This document shows, piece by piece, positions 40,857-50,978 of a stretch of 64,000 nucleotides of DNA (positions are counted from its first letter, which is position 1; each line of letters opens with the position of its first letter). The stretch spans positions 416,001 through 480,000 of the forward strand of contig CAWAIK010000003.1 in the NCBI GenBank assembly GCA_963782115.1, in the 5' to 3' direction. The position numbers and the translations under genes were made by a program. Source of the stretch: an uncultured Verrucomicrobiae bacterium (GTDB lineage Bacteria; Verrucomicrobiota; Verrucomicrobiia; Chthoniobacterales; JAFAMB01). The notes beneath the pieces are model-generated. The model was not told the origin of the DNA. It saw nothing but the letters and a program-made list of their open reading frames with translations, and ran no database searches.

Positions 40857-43421
40857 CTATTTTGCGACCGATTCGGTCCTCCGCTTCCCGCCTGCGGCCG
40901 GAACTCGGCGGCGCTGCAGAAAAGCAAACGCAGGAACCATGTAGAAAAACGTCGTCAGCAAACACCAGAAAACTCCAATCGCGCAAACGATGCCAAGGCC
41001 GCTCAACGCCGGATTCTGCGCCGGAATCAGCACCGCAAAGCCGGAAAAAGTCGTCAGGCCGCAGATGGAAAGTGGCTTGAGAACGTTAGCCAGATTCTCT
41101 CTCAAATCCCCTTCGCGCCGGCTCACGACCAGAAACTGAATCCCGTAATCAACGCCGATCGCCAGAACCAGCGGAAAGGCCAGCGTATTGAGCAAATTGA
41201 TCGAGACATGAAACAGTTTCAGTGAGGCCACCAACCCAAGCATCGACAGAGCTAAAGCAGAGGCATGCACCAGCCAGAGCGAGAGCTTTCGATAAACAAG
41301 CCAGAGCAACGTGAGAATCAGGCCCCCGACGATCGTCGTGAACTCAACCAGTTCCCCTTTTGCCCACGGGATCAGATCCCACAACGTGTAGGACCAACCG
41401 GTGACAATCGCGCGAGGATCAGCGGCGTGAATAAGCTCTCCGATCTTTTTCTGCTCCGATTGCGAATGAATCGGATTGAGCGGTTGCACGTAACCCGCCG
41501 CGAGTCTGGGATTGGTCGCAAAATATCGGTCGATCAGAAACCACCAGCTCGACTTCTGCGGAAAGAGCTTTGACCAATCCGGCAATCCGGTCTGCGACCG
41601 TTCCGACTGGAGCCGGTCCAGCAGCTCAAATATGTTCTTGAACGAATCCACTTCGAATCCATTTCGCTCTAAACTCTCTCGAACAACTGCCTTGATTTTG
41701 TCGAAATCCAACTTCTTCAGCGCTTCACGGTTTTCTTTGATCCGTGCGGGAGAAAACGCCAATGCCACCGGCGTACTAACCGATTTCAGCTGCCCATCTT
41801 TTTGAGCCTCTTCCAAACGCTGCGACAGTCGCTCCCACCGATCATGGAACTCCTGCTGATCTTTCGCGTTGACCAGGATCGTGACCGGGTCTGACTCCTG
41901 CTTCATCTGGGTTGAAAGCACCTGCAGCGCAACCGATGCGGGAATCTTCTTCGGCTGAAGCGAAACCGGGTTAGTGTCGAATTTGAGCGGAACAAACGGC
42001 GCGACCGCGATCAGGGCGCTGATAACCAATACGCCGAATGAAACAGCCAATACCGGACGCGGTTCGCGAAACATGGCGTCTACAAATCTGGTTGTGCCAA
42101 TCAATATGAAGTCCGTTGTTTTTGGCGGCTTGGCGTGCCTGAAAAACATGAAAAGGAAAAGGACCATGAACAAGCCTGCGAAACCCACGCCGAGAGCGAC
42201 AAGCGTCCCTAACTGCCCGAACCCGGAACTTTGGCTGAACTTCAGTACCAGGAAACCGATCGCCGTGGTGACGATCACGTAAGAGATCGCCGCACCGATA
42301 TCCCGAACCGAAACAAACACCGCTTCATCATGCGACTGGCCCGCCCGACGCGCCTGCTGGTAACGGCCAAAAAGCAGAAGGCTGAAATCAACTCCAACGC
42401 CTGCCAGGATGGAGAAAAATCCGATCGCCACAACGTTGAGTTCGTGGAAGATTAACATCCCCAGCGCCAGCGCTACAAGGGCCGACAAACAGAGGATCAA
42501 AACAATGCCGATCAATGGTAGGAATCGGCGAAACGCCACGTAGAATAATCCGCTGACGATGCCGATCGAGAGAATCGCGCTCAACGAGATGTCTCCCTCC
42601 ATGCTATGTGAAATCTGAGCGACAAATGCCGTTCGACCGGTCACGTAGACCTTGGGCTTGTACCCGGTCCATTCGGTCAACATCCTGTCGGTGAACTGGT
42701 TCACCTTCTCCATGACAGCCTGGCTCGACCGAGCATCCAGGCCCGGCTGATTCGTAATGATCAACGCCAATTGGAAAACTCCGTCCTGCGAAGCCAGCGC
42801 ACTCCCCTGGTCCATCGAGGAACCTGAGCCAAACGGCTTCATTGCCCGGGCAAAGAGACCAAGCGGGTCGAGCGTAGCCTCCATTTGGGTCCGGATGGAA
42901 TCGCCCGTGATCGTGTCCCGGATACGGGTCAACCGTTCGTCAATAGTTCCCGGCTCGAGCTGTGCCATCGCGTCGTTGAATTCGTCGGGAGGCAAATTCA
43001 GCAGAAGCGCCGGAACGATGCCCTGAATTTCGTTCAGCCCTTCCTGCGTCTCTAAAGGGATCCTGTCAAATGTCCTGAGAACCCATGGCTGCTTTCCAAG
43101 TTCATCGATGAAATGCGTCTTGAACGCCTCTGCCTCATCCCCATGACCTTTCTCCCCCAGGAAGCCGAAGACCAATTGCCGCGCCTGGGCAAACTCGCTG
43201 TTGAATTCCTTCAGTCCGACCACCGACCCGAACTTCGACGGCAAGAGGTCCAGGACTTCCGAGTCGAAGTTCCTTCGCTTGATGACGATGAAGACCGAAA
43301 GAGCCGCGATAGCCAGCGCCGCAACAACCAGCGTCTTGGTTCGACGCGCGATGATGCGAGCTAAGAACTCTGTGATCTTGGCCGCATAAAACGACAGTCC
43401 AGACCTTGAGGGAAATTTCAT
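40857..43421 (-). CDS. MMPL-family RND transporter
   Basis: Two TM bundles with GVGVDFS and IGVDYGI motifs; large periplasmic loops. Confidence 0.88.
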   Translation of the reverse strand: MKFPSRSGLSFYAAKITEFLARIIARRTKTLVVAALAIAALSVFIVIKRRNFDSEVLDLLPSKFGSVVGLKEFNSEFAQARQLVFGFLGEKGHGDEAEAFKTHFIDELGKQPWVLRTFDRIPLETQEGLNEIQGIVPALLLNLPPDEFNDAMAQLEPGTIDERLTRIRDTITGDSIRTQMEATLDPLGLFARAMKPFGSGSSMDQGSALASQDGVFQLALIITNQPGLDARSSQAVMEKVNQFTDRMLTEWTGYKPKVYVTGRTAFVAQISHSMEGDISLSAILSIGIVSGLFYVAFRRFLPLIGIVLILCLSALVALALGMLIFHELNVVAIGFFSILAGVGVDFSLLLFGRYQQARRAGQSHDEAVFVSVRDIGAAISYVIVTTAIGFLVLKFSQSSGFGQLGTLVALGVGFAGLFMVLFLFMFFRHAKPPKTTDFILIGTTRFVDAMFREPRPVLAVSFGVLVISALIAVAPFVPLKFDTNPVSLQPKKIPASVALQVLSTQMKQESDPVTILVNAKDQQEFHDRWERLSQRLEEAQKDGQLKSVSTPVALAFSPARIKENREALKKLDFDKIKAVVRESLERNGFEVDSFKNIFELLDRLQSERSQTGLPDWSKLFPQKSSWWFLIDRYFATNPRLAAGYVQPLNPIHSQSEQKKIGELIHAADPRAIVTGWSYTLWDLIPWAKGELVEFTTIVGGLILTLLWLVYRKLSLWLVHASALALSMLGLVASLKLFHVSINLLNTLAFPLVLAIGVDYGIQFLVVSRREGDLRENLANVLKPLSICGLTTFSGFAVLIPAQNPALSGLGIVCAIGVFWCLLTTFFYMVPAFAFLQRRRVPAAGGKRRTESVAK

Positions 43422-43519
43422 TCAGTAGACAGATTCGTTGGCCGGCAAAAGTGGAGATTCAATTACTTTATACCGTCACGCGTTGCAAGTGGACGCGGAT
43501 GTCCGGTCCTCGAAAAATG

Positions 43520-43677
43520 CAGTGTCAGTGTGTCAGTGTCAGGCAGACCAAAAGAGCGACCGCTTCATCGAGTATTCCGCGATTGCATTCAAAGCTCGAT
43601 TTCTTCGTCGCCGAAATGTCAACCCTGACCCGAGTTTAATTATCCGCTGACACTGACACTGACACTGGCACTGACAC
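43520..43677. repeat. Inverted (CAGTGT)n / (TGACAC)n hexamer repeat
   Basis: CAGTGTCAGTGTGTCAGTGTCAG at 43520 and CTGACACTGACACTGACACTGGCACTGACAC at about 43647; same unit after purC (28011-28037). Confidence 0.8.
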
Positions 43678-45577
43678 CCTCTCCCAACACTCGCTCCACC
43701 GCGGACACTGCCTCTTCCACCGTCACCGCCTTCATGCATCGAAAATCCAGTGGGCATTCCCGGAGAAAACATGGGCTGCACTCCACGTGATGGCGGATCA
43801 CCACGTGATCCTCTCCGATCGGCCCTGTGAGCTGCGGTTCAGTCGAACCAAAGATCGCCACCGTCGGCACTCCTAGAAACGCTGCCAAATGCATCGTCCC
43901 GGTGTCGTTGGTCAGCAAGACTCTGCACCGTCGAAGTTGCGCCGACAGTTCCAATAGAGTCGTGCGACCGGTCAGGTCCGTTGCGCTGGTCGGCAACCCC
44001 TTCATGATTTCGGCTGCAAGCGGCTTCTCATTGGCGGTGCCAAAAATCAGCCAATGCAATCCGTGCCGTTCGGATAGCTGTTTGGCGGCCAAACCAAACT
44101 CCGTCCAGCGCTTCGCCGGGCCGTACTCCGCACCAGGGCAGAGACCGGCCAGCCCAGGTTCACCGGATCGGTGGTTCTTGTGCTCCAACTCCTCGTCCAG
44201 ATTCGCCCCGATTCGATCCATGATGCGCAGGTAGTCAGTTGTCTGATGTTGCAATGGAGCCGGGCCCGACCGTTCAGGAATGAATTGATTCAGGAAAAAA
44301 TCGCGCCACGGCCGAGAGTAACCGACCCGGCGGGGAATTCCGGCTAACCAAGTTTCGATGGCACTCCGGACGGAATTCGGAAACAGGATCCCAACGTCGA
44401 AATCGCCGCGGATCTTTGAAGCGACGCGGAAAACAGAGTCACCTGGCTCGATCGTGATCAATTCGTCGACCTCAGGCATGAGGTGCCAGAAATCCGCCAG
44501 CTTCGATCGGGTCAACACCGTTATTCGAACATCGGGTCTGCCTCGCTTGAGGCGCCGGACAGCCGGCGCGCTCATCGCGGCGTCACCCAGCCAGTTACTG
44601 GATCGCACCAGGATACGAAACGGCGCAAGGCGCCCACTGTTTTTTGGCACATAAACGCCGCGTTTGTATTCACGGAGCAGAAATTTCGGCGAGGGAGTCT
44701 TCCACCGTTGATGAAGCCAGAACCAATCGCTCGGTCGTCGGATGATCAACAATTCCAGCGCCTGATTAATTCGATGAGTCAACTCCTCAATGGACGCGCC
44801 TTGCTTTGGCACGAACTCACCGACGTCCAAACGCCATTTTCCGGGACCAACCGTGAATATTGCCACCGGAAGAAGTTCTGCACCGGTCTTCGTCGCGAGG
44901 ATCGCCGGCAAAGGGGTTGTGGAGGCCAGACGATTGAAAAACGGGGTCCAAACGCCCTTATCCCCGGCATGCTGATCCACCAGGATTCCCAAGACTCCGC
45001 CTCCCTTTAGGACGTGTGTGCTTTGTGCTAGCCCATGCTTACGCTCGATCAACTCCAATCCGGTGCGTCCTCGGGCACGGCGGATATGCGCGTCTATAAA
45101 TCGATTCCGCAACGCACGGTAAATAACAGCGTGCTTGCAAGTGCGGACCAACCCGGCACAGAAGATGAAAAGTTCCCAGTTCCCTATGTGATTAATCGTC
45201 CAGAGAACGCTCTTGGCCCCTTCCATTCGTTCCCTTGCCCGCTCCAGATTCGACACATCCAGATGCTTCCGGACTTCCTCCCAAGGCTTTTCCAGCAGCA
45301 CAAAGGAACAGAGTAGATTCGCCATGAGATTCATGAAATGGCGCTTGGCGCAACGCTTTACCTCTTCGCGAGACCAATCGGGAAAAGCTATTCGGATGTT
45401 CGCCACCGCCAGACGACGGTAGCCACCGAGTAAATTGTACCCGAACCAGCCAACGGATTGACCCAGACCAAACACCCAACACAATGGTAAACATCCCAAC
45501 AGCCATCCTACCCCCCGGTAAATAAGGTAGACGACGTAATCGAGGACATCCGCTGGTTTCAGCCGAGAGTTGCTCAT
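43640..45577 (-). CDS. waaF: Fusion of lipid A acyltransferase (LpxL/HtrB-like) and LPS heptosyltransferase II (GT9)
   Basis: N-terminal HIGNWE, LVDQH, PFF, WFWLHQRWK; C-terminal NWLGD, CPGAEYGPAKRW, NDTGTMHLAA, CSPCF.REC. Confidence 0.9.
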   Translation of the reverse strand: MSNSRLKPADVLDYVVYLIYRGVGWLLGCLPLCWVFGLGQSVGWFGYNLLGGYRRLAVANIRIAFPDWSREEVKRCAKRHFMNLMANLLCSFVLLEKPWEEVRKHLDVSNLERARERMEGAKSVLWTINHIGNWELFIFCAGLVRTCKHAVIYRALRNRFIDAHIRRARGRTGLELIERKHGLAQSTHVLKGGGVLGILVDQHAGDKGVWTPFFNRLASTTPLPAILATKTGAELLPVAIFTVGPGKWRLDVGEFVPKQGASIEELTHRINQALELLIIRRPSDWFWLHQRWKTPSPKFLLREYKRGVYVPKNSGRLAPFRILVRSSNWLGDAAMSAPAVRRLKRGRPDVRITVLTRSKLADFWHLMPEVDELITIEPGDSVFRVASKIRGDFDVGILFPNSVRSAIETWLAGIPRRVGYSRPWRDFFLNQFIPERSGPAPLQHQTTDYLRIMDRIGANLDEELEHKNHRSGEPGLAGLCPGAEYGPAKRWTEFGLAAKQLSERHGLHWLIFGTANEKPLAAEIMKGLPTSATDLTGRTTLLELSAQLRRCRVLLTNDTGTMHLAAFLGVPTVAIFGSTEPQLTGPIGEDHVVIRHHVECSPCFLRECPLDFRCMKAVTVEEAVSAVERVLGEGVSASVSVSVSG

Positions 45578-45589
45578 TCCAATATTTAG

Positions 45590-46492
45590 CTACCCTCTCG
45601 GATGAAACTGCTTGTGGACCGATTTCAGGCGGCTCTGCTCCACGTGCGTGTAGATCTGCGTTGTGGCAATATCCGCGTGGCCTAACAGTTCCTGAATGAT
45701 CCGCAGATCAGCTCCGTTCGCAAGAAGGTGCGTCGCAAAAGAGTGCCGCAAAAGATGCGGATAAACATTGGTTTCAAATCCGGCTGCTGCCGCAATCTCC
45801 TTTAAAATTTGCCAGATCCGTTGGGTCGTGAGCTTTTTCCCGTGCCTGGACAGGAAGACTTCGTTCCCGGACTTGCGCGCAACCAAGCGGATTCGTTCCT
45901 GCTTCACATACTGGTCGATCGCGTCACAGGCAATGTGTCCAATTGGCACCAGCCTCGTCTTTGAGCCCTTGCCTATCACCCGGATTACCCGTTCTTGCAG
46001 ATTCAGATTCTCTAGGCTTGCACCAGCTAGTTCGCTGATCCGCAGTCCCGACGCATAGAACAATTCCAGGATCGCCTGGTCCCGCAATGGGAACGGCCGG
46101 CCTTGGAGATTGATTTCCAGTAGATGATTCACCTGCACCTGGTTCAACGTTTCGGGCAAAAATCGCGTTAGGCGCGGTAACGGAAGCAGCTCCGCCGGAT
46201 CCCGGTCCGTCATCAAGCGCATCTTCAAAAACCTAAAGAAAATCTTCAGCGCGACTACAACGAGCTTCATGGAACCAGGAGCAAGACCTCTTTCCTTCTC
46301 TGTAGCAAGGTATTCGATCAACGCACCCAGCTCGACCTCGCGCGGTGCGGAAAGCTGCTTTAGTTTCCCTGCCCAATCCGCAAATTTTTCGAGAGAACGC
46401 CTCGTCAACAGTTGATAATTCGCCGACAACCCACGCTCAGTGGCGAGATAGAGAATAAAACAATTGATGGCCTCCGCAAACTCGGTATCCAC
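45590..46492 (-). CDS. xerD: Tyrosine recombinase XerD/XerC
   Basis: RD.AILELFYASGLRISEL, GKGSKTRLVP, HLLRHSFATHLL.NGADLR.IQELLGHA...TTQIYTHV; XerC versus XerD not certain. Confidence 0.85.
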   Translation of the reverse strand: MDTEFAEAINCFILYLATERGLSANYQLLTRRSLEKFADWAGKLKQLSAPREVELGALIEYLATEKERGLAPGSMKLVVVALKIFFRFLKMRLMTDRDPAELLPLPRLTRFLPETLNQVQVNHLLEINLQGRPFPLRDQAILELFYASGLRISELAGASLENLNLQERVIRVIGKGSKTRLVPIGHIACDAIDQYVKQERIRLVARKSGNEVFLSRHGKKLTTQRIWQILKEIAAAAGFETNVYPHLLRHSFATHLLANGADLRIIQELLGHADIATTQIYTHVEQSRLKSVHKQFHPRG

Positions 46493-46641
46493 TCCCCGCA
46501 GAATCTAGGAGATTCCGACCTCCGATACGAGGGGAAAAACGGCCGTCCGATCATGTTTCACGGTTCGTCCCACGGCCTGACGGGAAAAAACGGCTTGCGA
46601 TCCGGCGACTCCATGGCAGCGTTTTGTTCCGTTCGCTACCC

Positions 46642-46715
46642 GCGGGCATAGCTTAATGGTAAAGCTCCAGCCTTCCAAGCTGGCCATGCGAGTTCGATTC
46701 TCGTTGCCCGCTCCA
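46642..46715 (+). tRNA. tRNA-Gly(TCC)
   Basis: GCGGGCA/TGCCCGC acceptor stem; CCAGC-CTTCCAA-GCTGG anticodon arm; GTTCGATTC T-loop; encoded CCA. Confidence 0.97.
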
Positions 46716-46851
46716 AGCCTACAAATCAACGACTTATGCAGATGTAAAGATGCTTTTGGCGATTTTCCTAACATATTTTCCCTCGAACTCCTAGGATGTC
46801 CAACTCTGTCCATAAAAAAATACGAGTTGGCTGGCTCCGAGCATATGTTTG

Positions 46852-46893
46852 AGCCTTCCCGTCAGAGTCGCGGGTTCGATTCCCGCTACCAGC
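46852..46893 (+). repeat. Degenerate tRNA-Gly 3' half (att-like scar)
   Basis: AGCCTTCC...GCGGGTTCGATTCCCGCTACCAGC; 19/24 match to the tRNA 3' end with T-stem pairing preserved. Confidence 0.7.
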
Positions 46894-47064
46894 ATCTCGC
46901 TATTGCACGCAGTGATGAGCAGGACGGGCCGGCCGCGCAGCAACGGAAAACGTTTGCCCGTCCCCGGCAAAACCGGAAAGATCCCGAATCTGGGAAGTGG
47001 ATGCGCACGCAGGCGAGCCCCTTTAGAACGCCTGGTGCCTCACTGCACCAGATGCACGAGGCTC

Positions 47065-48162
47065 TCAACCAGTGGGATTGGCCACCGTTTGGTAAACTAC
47101 GTCGCTTCCGCTGTAAAATGGCCGGTACCATATTCCACCAAATTCAAAGTATTTGGCGCCATTCACTGTCACGGTTGCGGCTCCGTCGGGGATTGACGGA
47201 ACCAAGACACCTACCGGCGGGTCCACAATCTTATAGCCTTCGCCAGCTTCCTCGTAGAACACACCGTTGGAGTAGGCGAAGCTTTGGTCGGCGCCATGGA
47301 CCGTTGTAGACGACTCAGGAGCCGAAGGGATGACCGCTCCTTTGGGAGGCGGTACGACGGCATACCCATTGCCCTGGGGCGAAGGCGCGTAGTAAACGCC
47401 ACCTGAGTAGTAGTAGGGGTTACCCTGGACCGTGACGGGCGTTGATTGCGCCGGAAGGCTGGCGACCGTTGCACCCATCGCCAAGCCAGCGGTTGCCAAT
47501 CCGGCGTAGTAGCCGCCCCAAGTACCAGCCGAGCCGCCGCCGTACCAGGCGCCGTTGGAGCCGACGGTTCCGTAGGTATTTGCGTAGTTATTTGCAAAAT
47601 TCTGACGACTCTGCTGCGTGTTCTGCCCATAACTTTGGCGACTTTGCTGCGCGTTCTGTCCATAACTCTGGCGACTCTGCTGCGTGTTCTGTCCATAAGT
47701 TTGGCGACTCTGCTGCGCGTTCTGCTGATTAGTCTGATGACTCTGCTGCACGTTCTGCTCATTAGTCTGATGACTCTGCTGCGCGTTCTGCGTGGTTTGT
47801 TGGCGTTGAGCCTGGTTCTGGCCGGTACTGCTCTGCCGGTTCGCCTGGTTCTGGCCGGTACTGCTCTGCCGATTCGCCTGGTTACTGCTTCTACTTTGCT
47901 GGCTTGAGCCTCTTGCCTGCTGCGTGCTACCGGTGCGAGCGCCTTGCGACGACGCTTTACCAGACGAAAACCCCCCCCCGCTCGCTGTACCTCCGCGGGA
48001 AAAGCCGCCACCTCCTCCACCGCCACCTCGTCCGCCGCCACCTCCTCGTTCACCTCCGCCTCCTCGTGCGACGGCGAAATCTTCACCCTGAATTACGAAA
48101 AACAGGACAAAAACAAGTGCTATTTGACTTGCAATCACTCTTAACAGGGATCTGTATTTCAT
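47065..48162 (-). CDS. Exported Gly/Gln-rich repeat protein with DUF6515-like C-terminal domain
   Basis: Signal peptide, RGGG tract, 11-aa QQSRQSYGQNA/T repeats, repeated YYYSGGVYY....GY.VV.PP.G. Confidence 0.85.
   Translation of the reverse strand: MKYRSLLRVIASQIALVFVLFFVIQGEDFAVARGGGGERGGGGGRGGGGGGGGFSRGGTASGGGFSSGKASSQGARTGSTQQARGSSQQSRSSNQANRQSSTGQNQANRQSSTGQNQAQRQQTTQNAQQSHQTNEQNVQQSHQTNQQNAQQSRQTYGQNTQQSRQSYGQNAQQSRQSYGQNTQQSRQNFANNYANTYGTVGSNGAWYGGGSAGTWGGYYAGLATAGLAMGATVASLPAQSTPVTVQGNPYYYSGGVYYAPSPQGNGYAVVPPPKGAVIPSAPESSTTVHGADQSFAYSNGVFYEEAGEGYKIVDPPVGVLVPSIPDGAATVTVNGAKYFEFGGIWYRPFYSGSDVVYQTVANPTG
47602..47885. repeat. Coding 33-bp tandem repeats
   Basis: About 6 degenerate copies of GCGACTCTGCTGCGTGTTCTGTCCATAACTCTG plus further 33-bp QNQANRQSSTG units. 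Confidence 0.9.
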
Positions 48163-48965
48163 TTCTCGCCTCCTTTCTTAGAAGTGGCCGGAGCAGCGGC
48201 GTTGCCAACCTCGGTCAGGAATTGAATTCGATCCGCGCCATTCGGCGGAGTAAACGTAAAAAGCGCGTCAGAAACTTCCGGGCCCAAATTCCAATTGGAG
48301 AGGTCAGCCCAGAACTGCGGTTGCCCCGTTTCATCTTTGTAGGTGATCACAACGCGCCTCGGCAAAGGCTCGCTTCCCTGGGCAACCCATACTTGAAAGT
48401 CTACACCTGTCGAAGTTCGCGCGGCGACATGATCGCAGGGTACATCCGTTATAGTTGTTGTTTCCACGTAGTCCGCTGAAACAACAAGCTTATCCAATTC
48501 ACTTGGAAGCGTGCTCACGAGCATCAGGGCCAAGGGCACCCGGACCTTGAGATCGTCGACTGCATACTTGATTGCCTGGTCCAGGGTGCCTGGCCTGGAA
48601 ACGGTGGCGTAGACATTTTTCTTCGCCGTGTAAACGGTGATCTCTTTGCCATCGAAAATGACCAAACCTTTTTCGCCATCGCTTCTCTCGATTTCAAAAC
48701 GCAAGTGATCAGGACGGCTGACAGTCACTTTGCGGACCTCACCATATTCGATCTTTTGCCCGGATGCCTGAACCGCGTCATAACCATCACGAATGGTGAC
48801 GCTGAAGCGCTCGGCCTTGGCTAGATATTCGCTCATGTTTTTCAGGATACTCATCGCCCGCTGTTCGGATGCCGATGGGGTCGCATCCTGTGCGACCAGG
48901 ACCGGTGCCACCATCAGCATCAGGCCCACGACGGGTAAAGCGAGGTGCAAACTTTTGTTATTCAT
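48159..48965 (-). CDS. DUF2092-domain periplasmic protein
   Basis: Signal peptide; L..MSEYL, GQKIEY, RPDHLR, FDGK, VDFQVW...G..PLPRRVVITYK...GQPQF, F.FTPP.GA; ATGA-coupled to next gene. Confidence 0.88.
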   Translation of the reverse strand: MNNKSLHLALPVVGLMLMVAPVLVAQDATPSASEQRAMSILKNMSEYLAKAERFSVTIRDGYDAVQASGQKIEYGEVRKVTVSRPDHLRFEIERSDGEKGLVIFDGKEITVYTAKKNVYATVSRPGTLDQAIKYAVDDLKVRVPLALMLVSTLPSELDKLVVSADYVETTTITDVPCDHVAARTSTGVDFQVWVAQGSEPLPRRVVITYKDETGQPQFWADLSNWNLGPEVSDALFTFTPPNGADRIQFLTEVGNAAAPATSKKGGEK

Positions 48966-49338
48966 TCCAAAAACCTTTGTTGAATTTTGCCTATCATAGC
49001 GAAAAACGCCGCCTGCTCTTCCGCATCGCGAAAATTATTACATCGCGGTTCGATAGATTTTGTGTCGACCGTAAAATCCCCTGCCGCGCTCGGCAGCGCG
49101 GCCCCTGCGTTCATAGAAAAGCCCGAGTCTTTTCACGGGAAGCTTTGGGGGGTACACCGATAACTCTTAGCGCAACGCGCCGAACGAAATTCACCTCCGC
49201 CAATATGCACCTCGGCGCTGGCTACGTCTACTGGACTTTGATTCGATAGAAGCACCAAGTTGAGAACTAGATTCTGCCAATGAATTGAAAGGCGCACCAA
49301 AAAGATGATCGCCGTCGTGCTCCCGCCAAACGCGACTC

Positions 49339-50285
49339 TTAAAGACCTCCGCCCCAGCTGTACTGCCAGGAGATGCCGATCACGTTGAAGTTGCTCCGGG
49401 TTCGTGAATAAACGCCGGTATTACCGTAAAGCTTTAGCGAGTTTTTCCGATCAATGGGAAACGTGAAGGTAGCGCCGAAACGCAAATTCTCTTGTGAATT
49501 GTCACTTGTCACACCGTCTTGCGTCGTTTGGCCGCCGAAGTAGTAGATAGCGTCAAGTGCACCCCAAATGCCTCGGCCAAAACTACGGATCAGGTGCCCC
49601 TGCACGGCGTAAATCGGAGCCTGCTGCAGGTTGTTGCCTCGGAAAGGCTGGTTGTTATCGGTAAAAAAGTATGCACCAGCCGCTAGCTCGACTGTCAACG
49701 GGCCAAATACCTTGGAGATACCAATCTCCGGTTTGAAAGACCACCGGTTGGTGCCAATGTTCACGAGCTTTTGCGAATCGTACTGTCCCAGGGGAGCCGT
49801 CACCTCGAGGCTCACACCGATGATAGTGTCTTGCTTGTATTCAGTGAACTCTTTTAGTGAGAGCGACGGGGCGCCAAAGAGGTTCACATAGAAGCGGAAA
49901 ATTGGGTCGGCAAGACCGAAGACAGCTCTGCTCCTGGTTTGTCCTAGGACTTTCGCGGTGCCCGAGAGCCAAACCTGAATTTCTTCCCGGACTTGCCCCA
50001 GAGATCCAGGGACCGGGAATACGCGAAGACCGAGCTATCTGTCGTCAGTTTACCATTCGTGATCGGTACCGACGGATCGAATGTCACATTACCTTCGCTG
50101 TAACCATAGCCGACGATGAGAAAGTTGATCCCGGACGGAATGTTCGAGTACGCCCTTGGCTCGATATCCGCCGCGCTCAGACATGTCGCCCCGAGCGCTG
50201 TCCCCGCCAACATCCCGGCAAATAAGGAGCGGGTTGGTCCGAGAAAACGTTCAAAATGGGATGTCAGATTGGCAGATTCCAGCAT
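49339..50285 (-). pseudogene. Outer-membrane transporter (phenol-degradation MetA-like beta-barrel), frameshifted
   Basis: DIEPRAYSN.P.G.NF in one frame; VWLSG...GLADP..RFYVNLFGAP, APLGQYD, NIGTNRW.FKPE.G in another; shift at about 49980. Confidence 0.85.
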
Positions 50286-50309
50286 GCTCGACCGCATTGC
50301 CACGTTTAA

Positions 50310-50940
50310 CCTAAATTCCGAAATTGAGCTGCAAAATTGAGCAAATTCATGCTGCATTTTCTGTTGGCGGATCGAATTTCGGAGAAGTTGACGGTGGTCA
50401 ATGTAAGAGCTTGTTAAAGAGCGGCTTTCGTTGGGAATAGCCACCCCAGTTTTTGGACATGTGGAGTACCAGGTGATGTCCGCTGCGACCAAGGATCGTA
50501 CCGCAGGTGAAAAGCTCGAAACGCAGGGTGGCCGGCTGCTTGTAAGTCTTGAGCGTTGGGTCAACCGCAAGTTGAAATTCGCTCAAGAGATTGAAGCTAA
50601 AAAAGTACAGCAAGAAAGGCCGACTCGGTGGCGAAGAAGGAACGCAAACAGAAGTGATCCGCGGCCAGCTCGTTCTAGAGCTCGTCGATGCGGCATTCGA
50701 CGCCAGCCCGACGGTTATAGTCGCGCCAGATCTCCAAGGCTGAGTCGCTGCGATTAGTGACAAAGACCCGGAACAAGTAGCCGGGTAACTCCATGAGCTT
50801 ACGACCCACGGCCGCTCTCTTACTTTGGATCTCTTCGCGTACCACCACAAAGCGCTGTGCGCTTTTCCAATTCCAAAGTTTGAATTGGAACTCGCTCAGG
50901 GCGTAGAGAGCATCCAGAGTTTGCCATCTGTTGATCTGTC
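50310..50940 (-). mobile_element. IS1380-family transposase relic (3' part plus terminal IR)
   Basis: RFVVVRE...VFVTN...IWRDYNRRAGVECRIDEL* (Y-x2-R-x3-E); internal stop and frameshift; CCTAAATTCC end at 50310 resembles the ISEcp1-type IR. Confidence 0.8.
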
Positions 50941-50978
50941 ATCATCCGTTTCTCAATGGCGGGTTTTTTATGAGGCTG

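Noticed and set aside
43539..43781. ORF with a CQCQCQCQC tract as a metal-binding protein
   Set aside because: Alternate-frame readout of the CAGTGT repeat overlapping waaF
45590..46492. Tyrosine recombinase as the island integrase
   Set aside because: Typical 300-aa Xer sequence, on the core side of the tRNA and 12 bp from lpxL-waaF
47602..47885. 33-bp periodic repeats as a CRISPR array
   Set aside because: Units are contiguous with no unique spacers, are in frame within a CDS, and no cas genes are present
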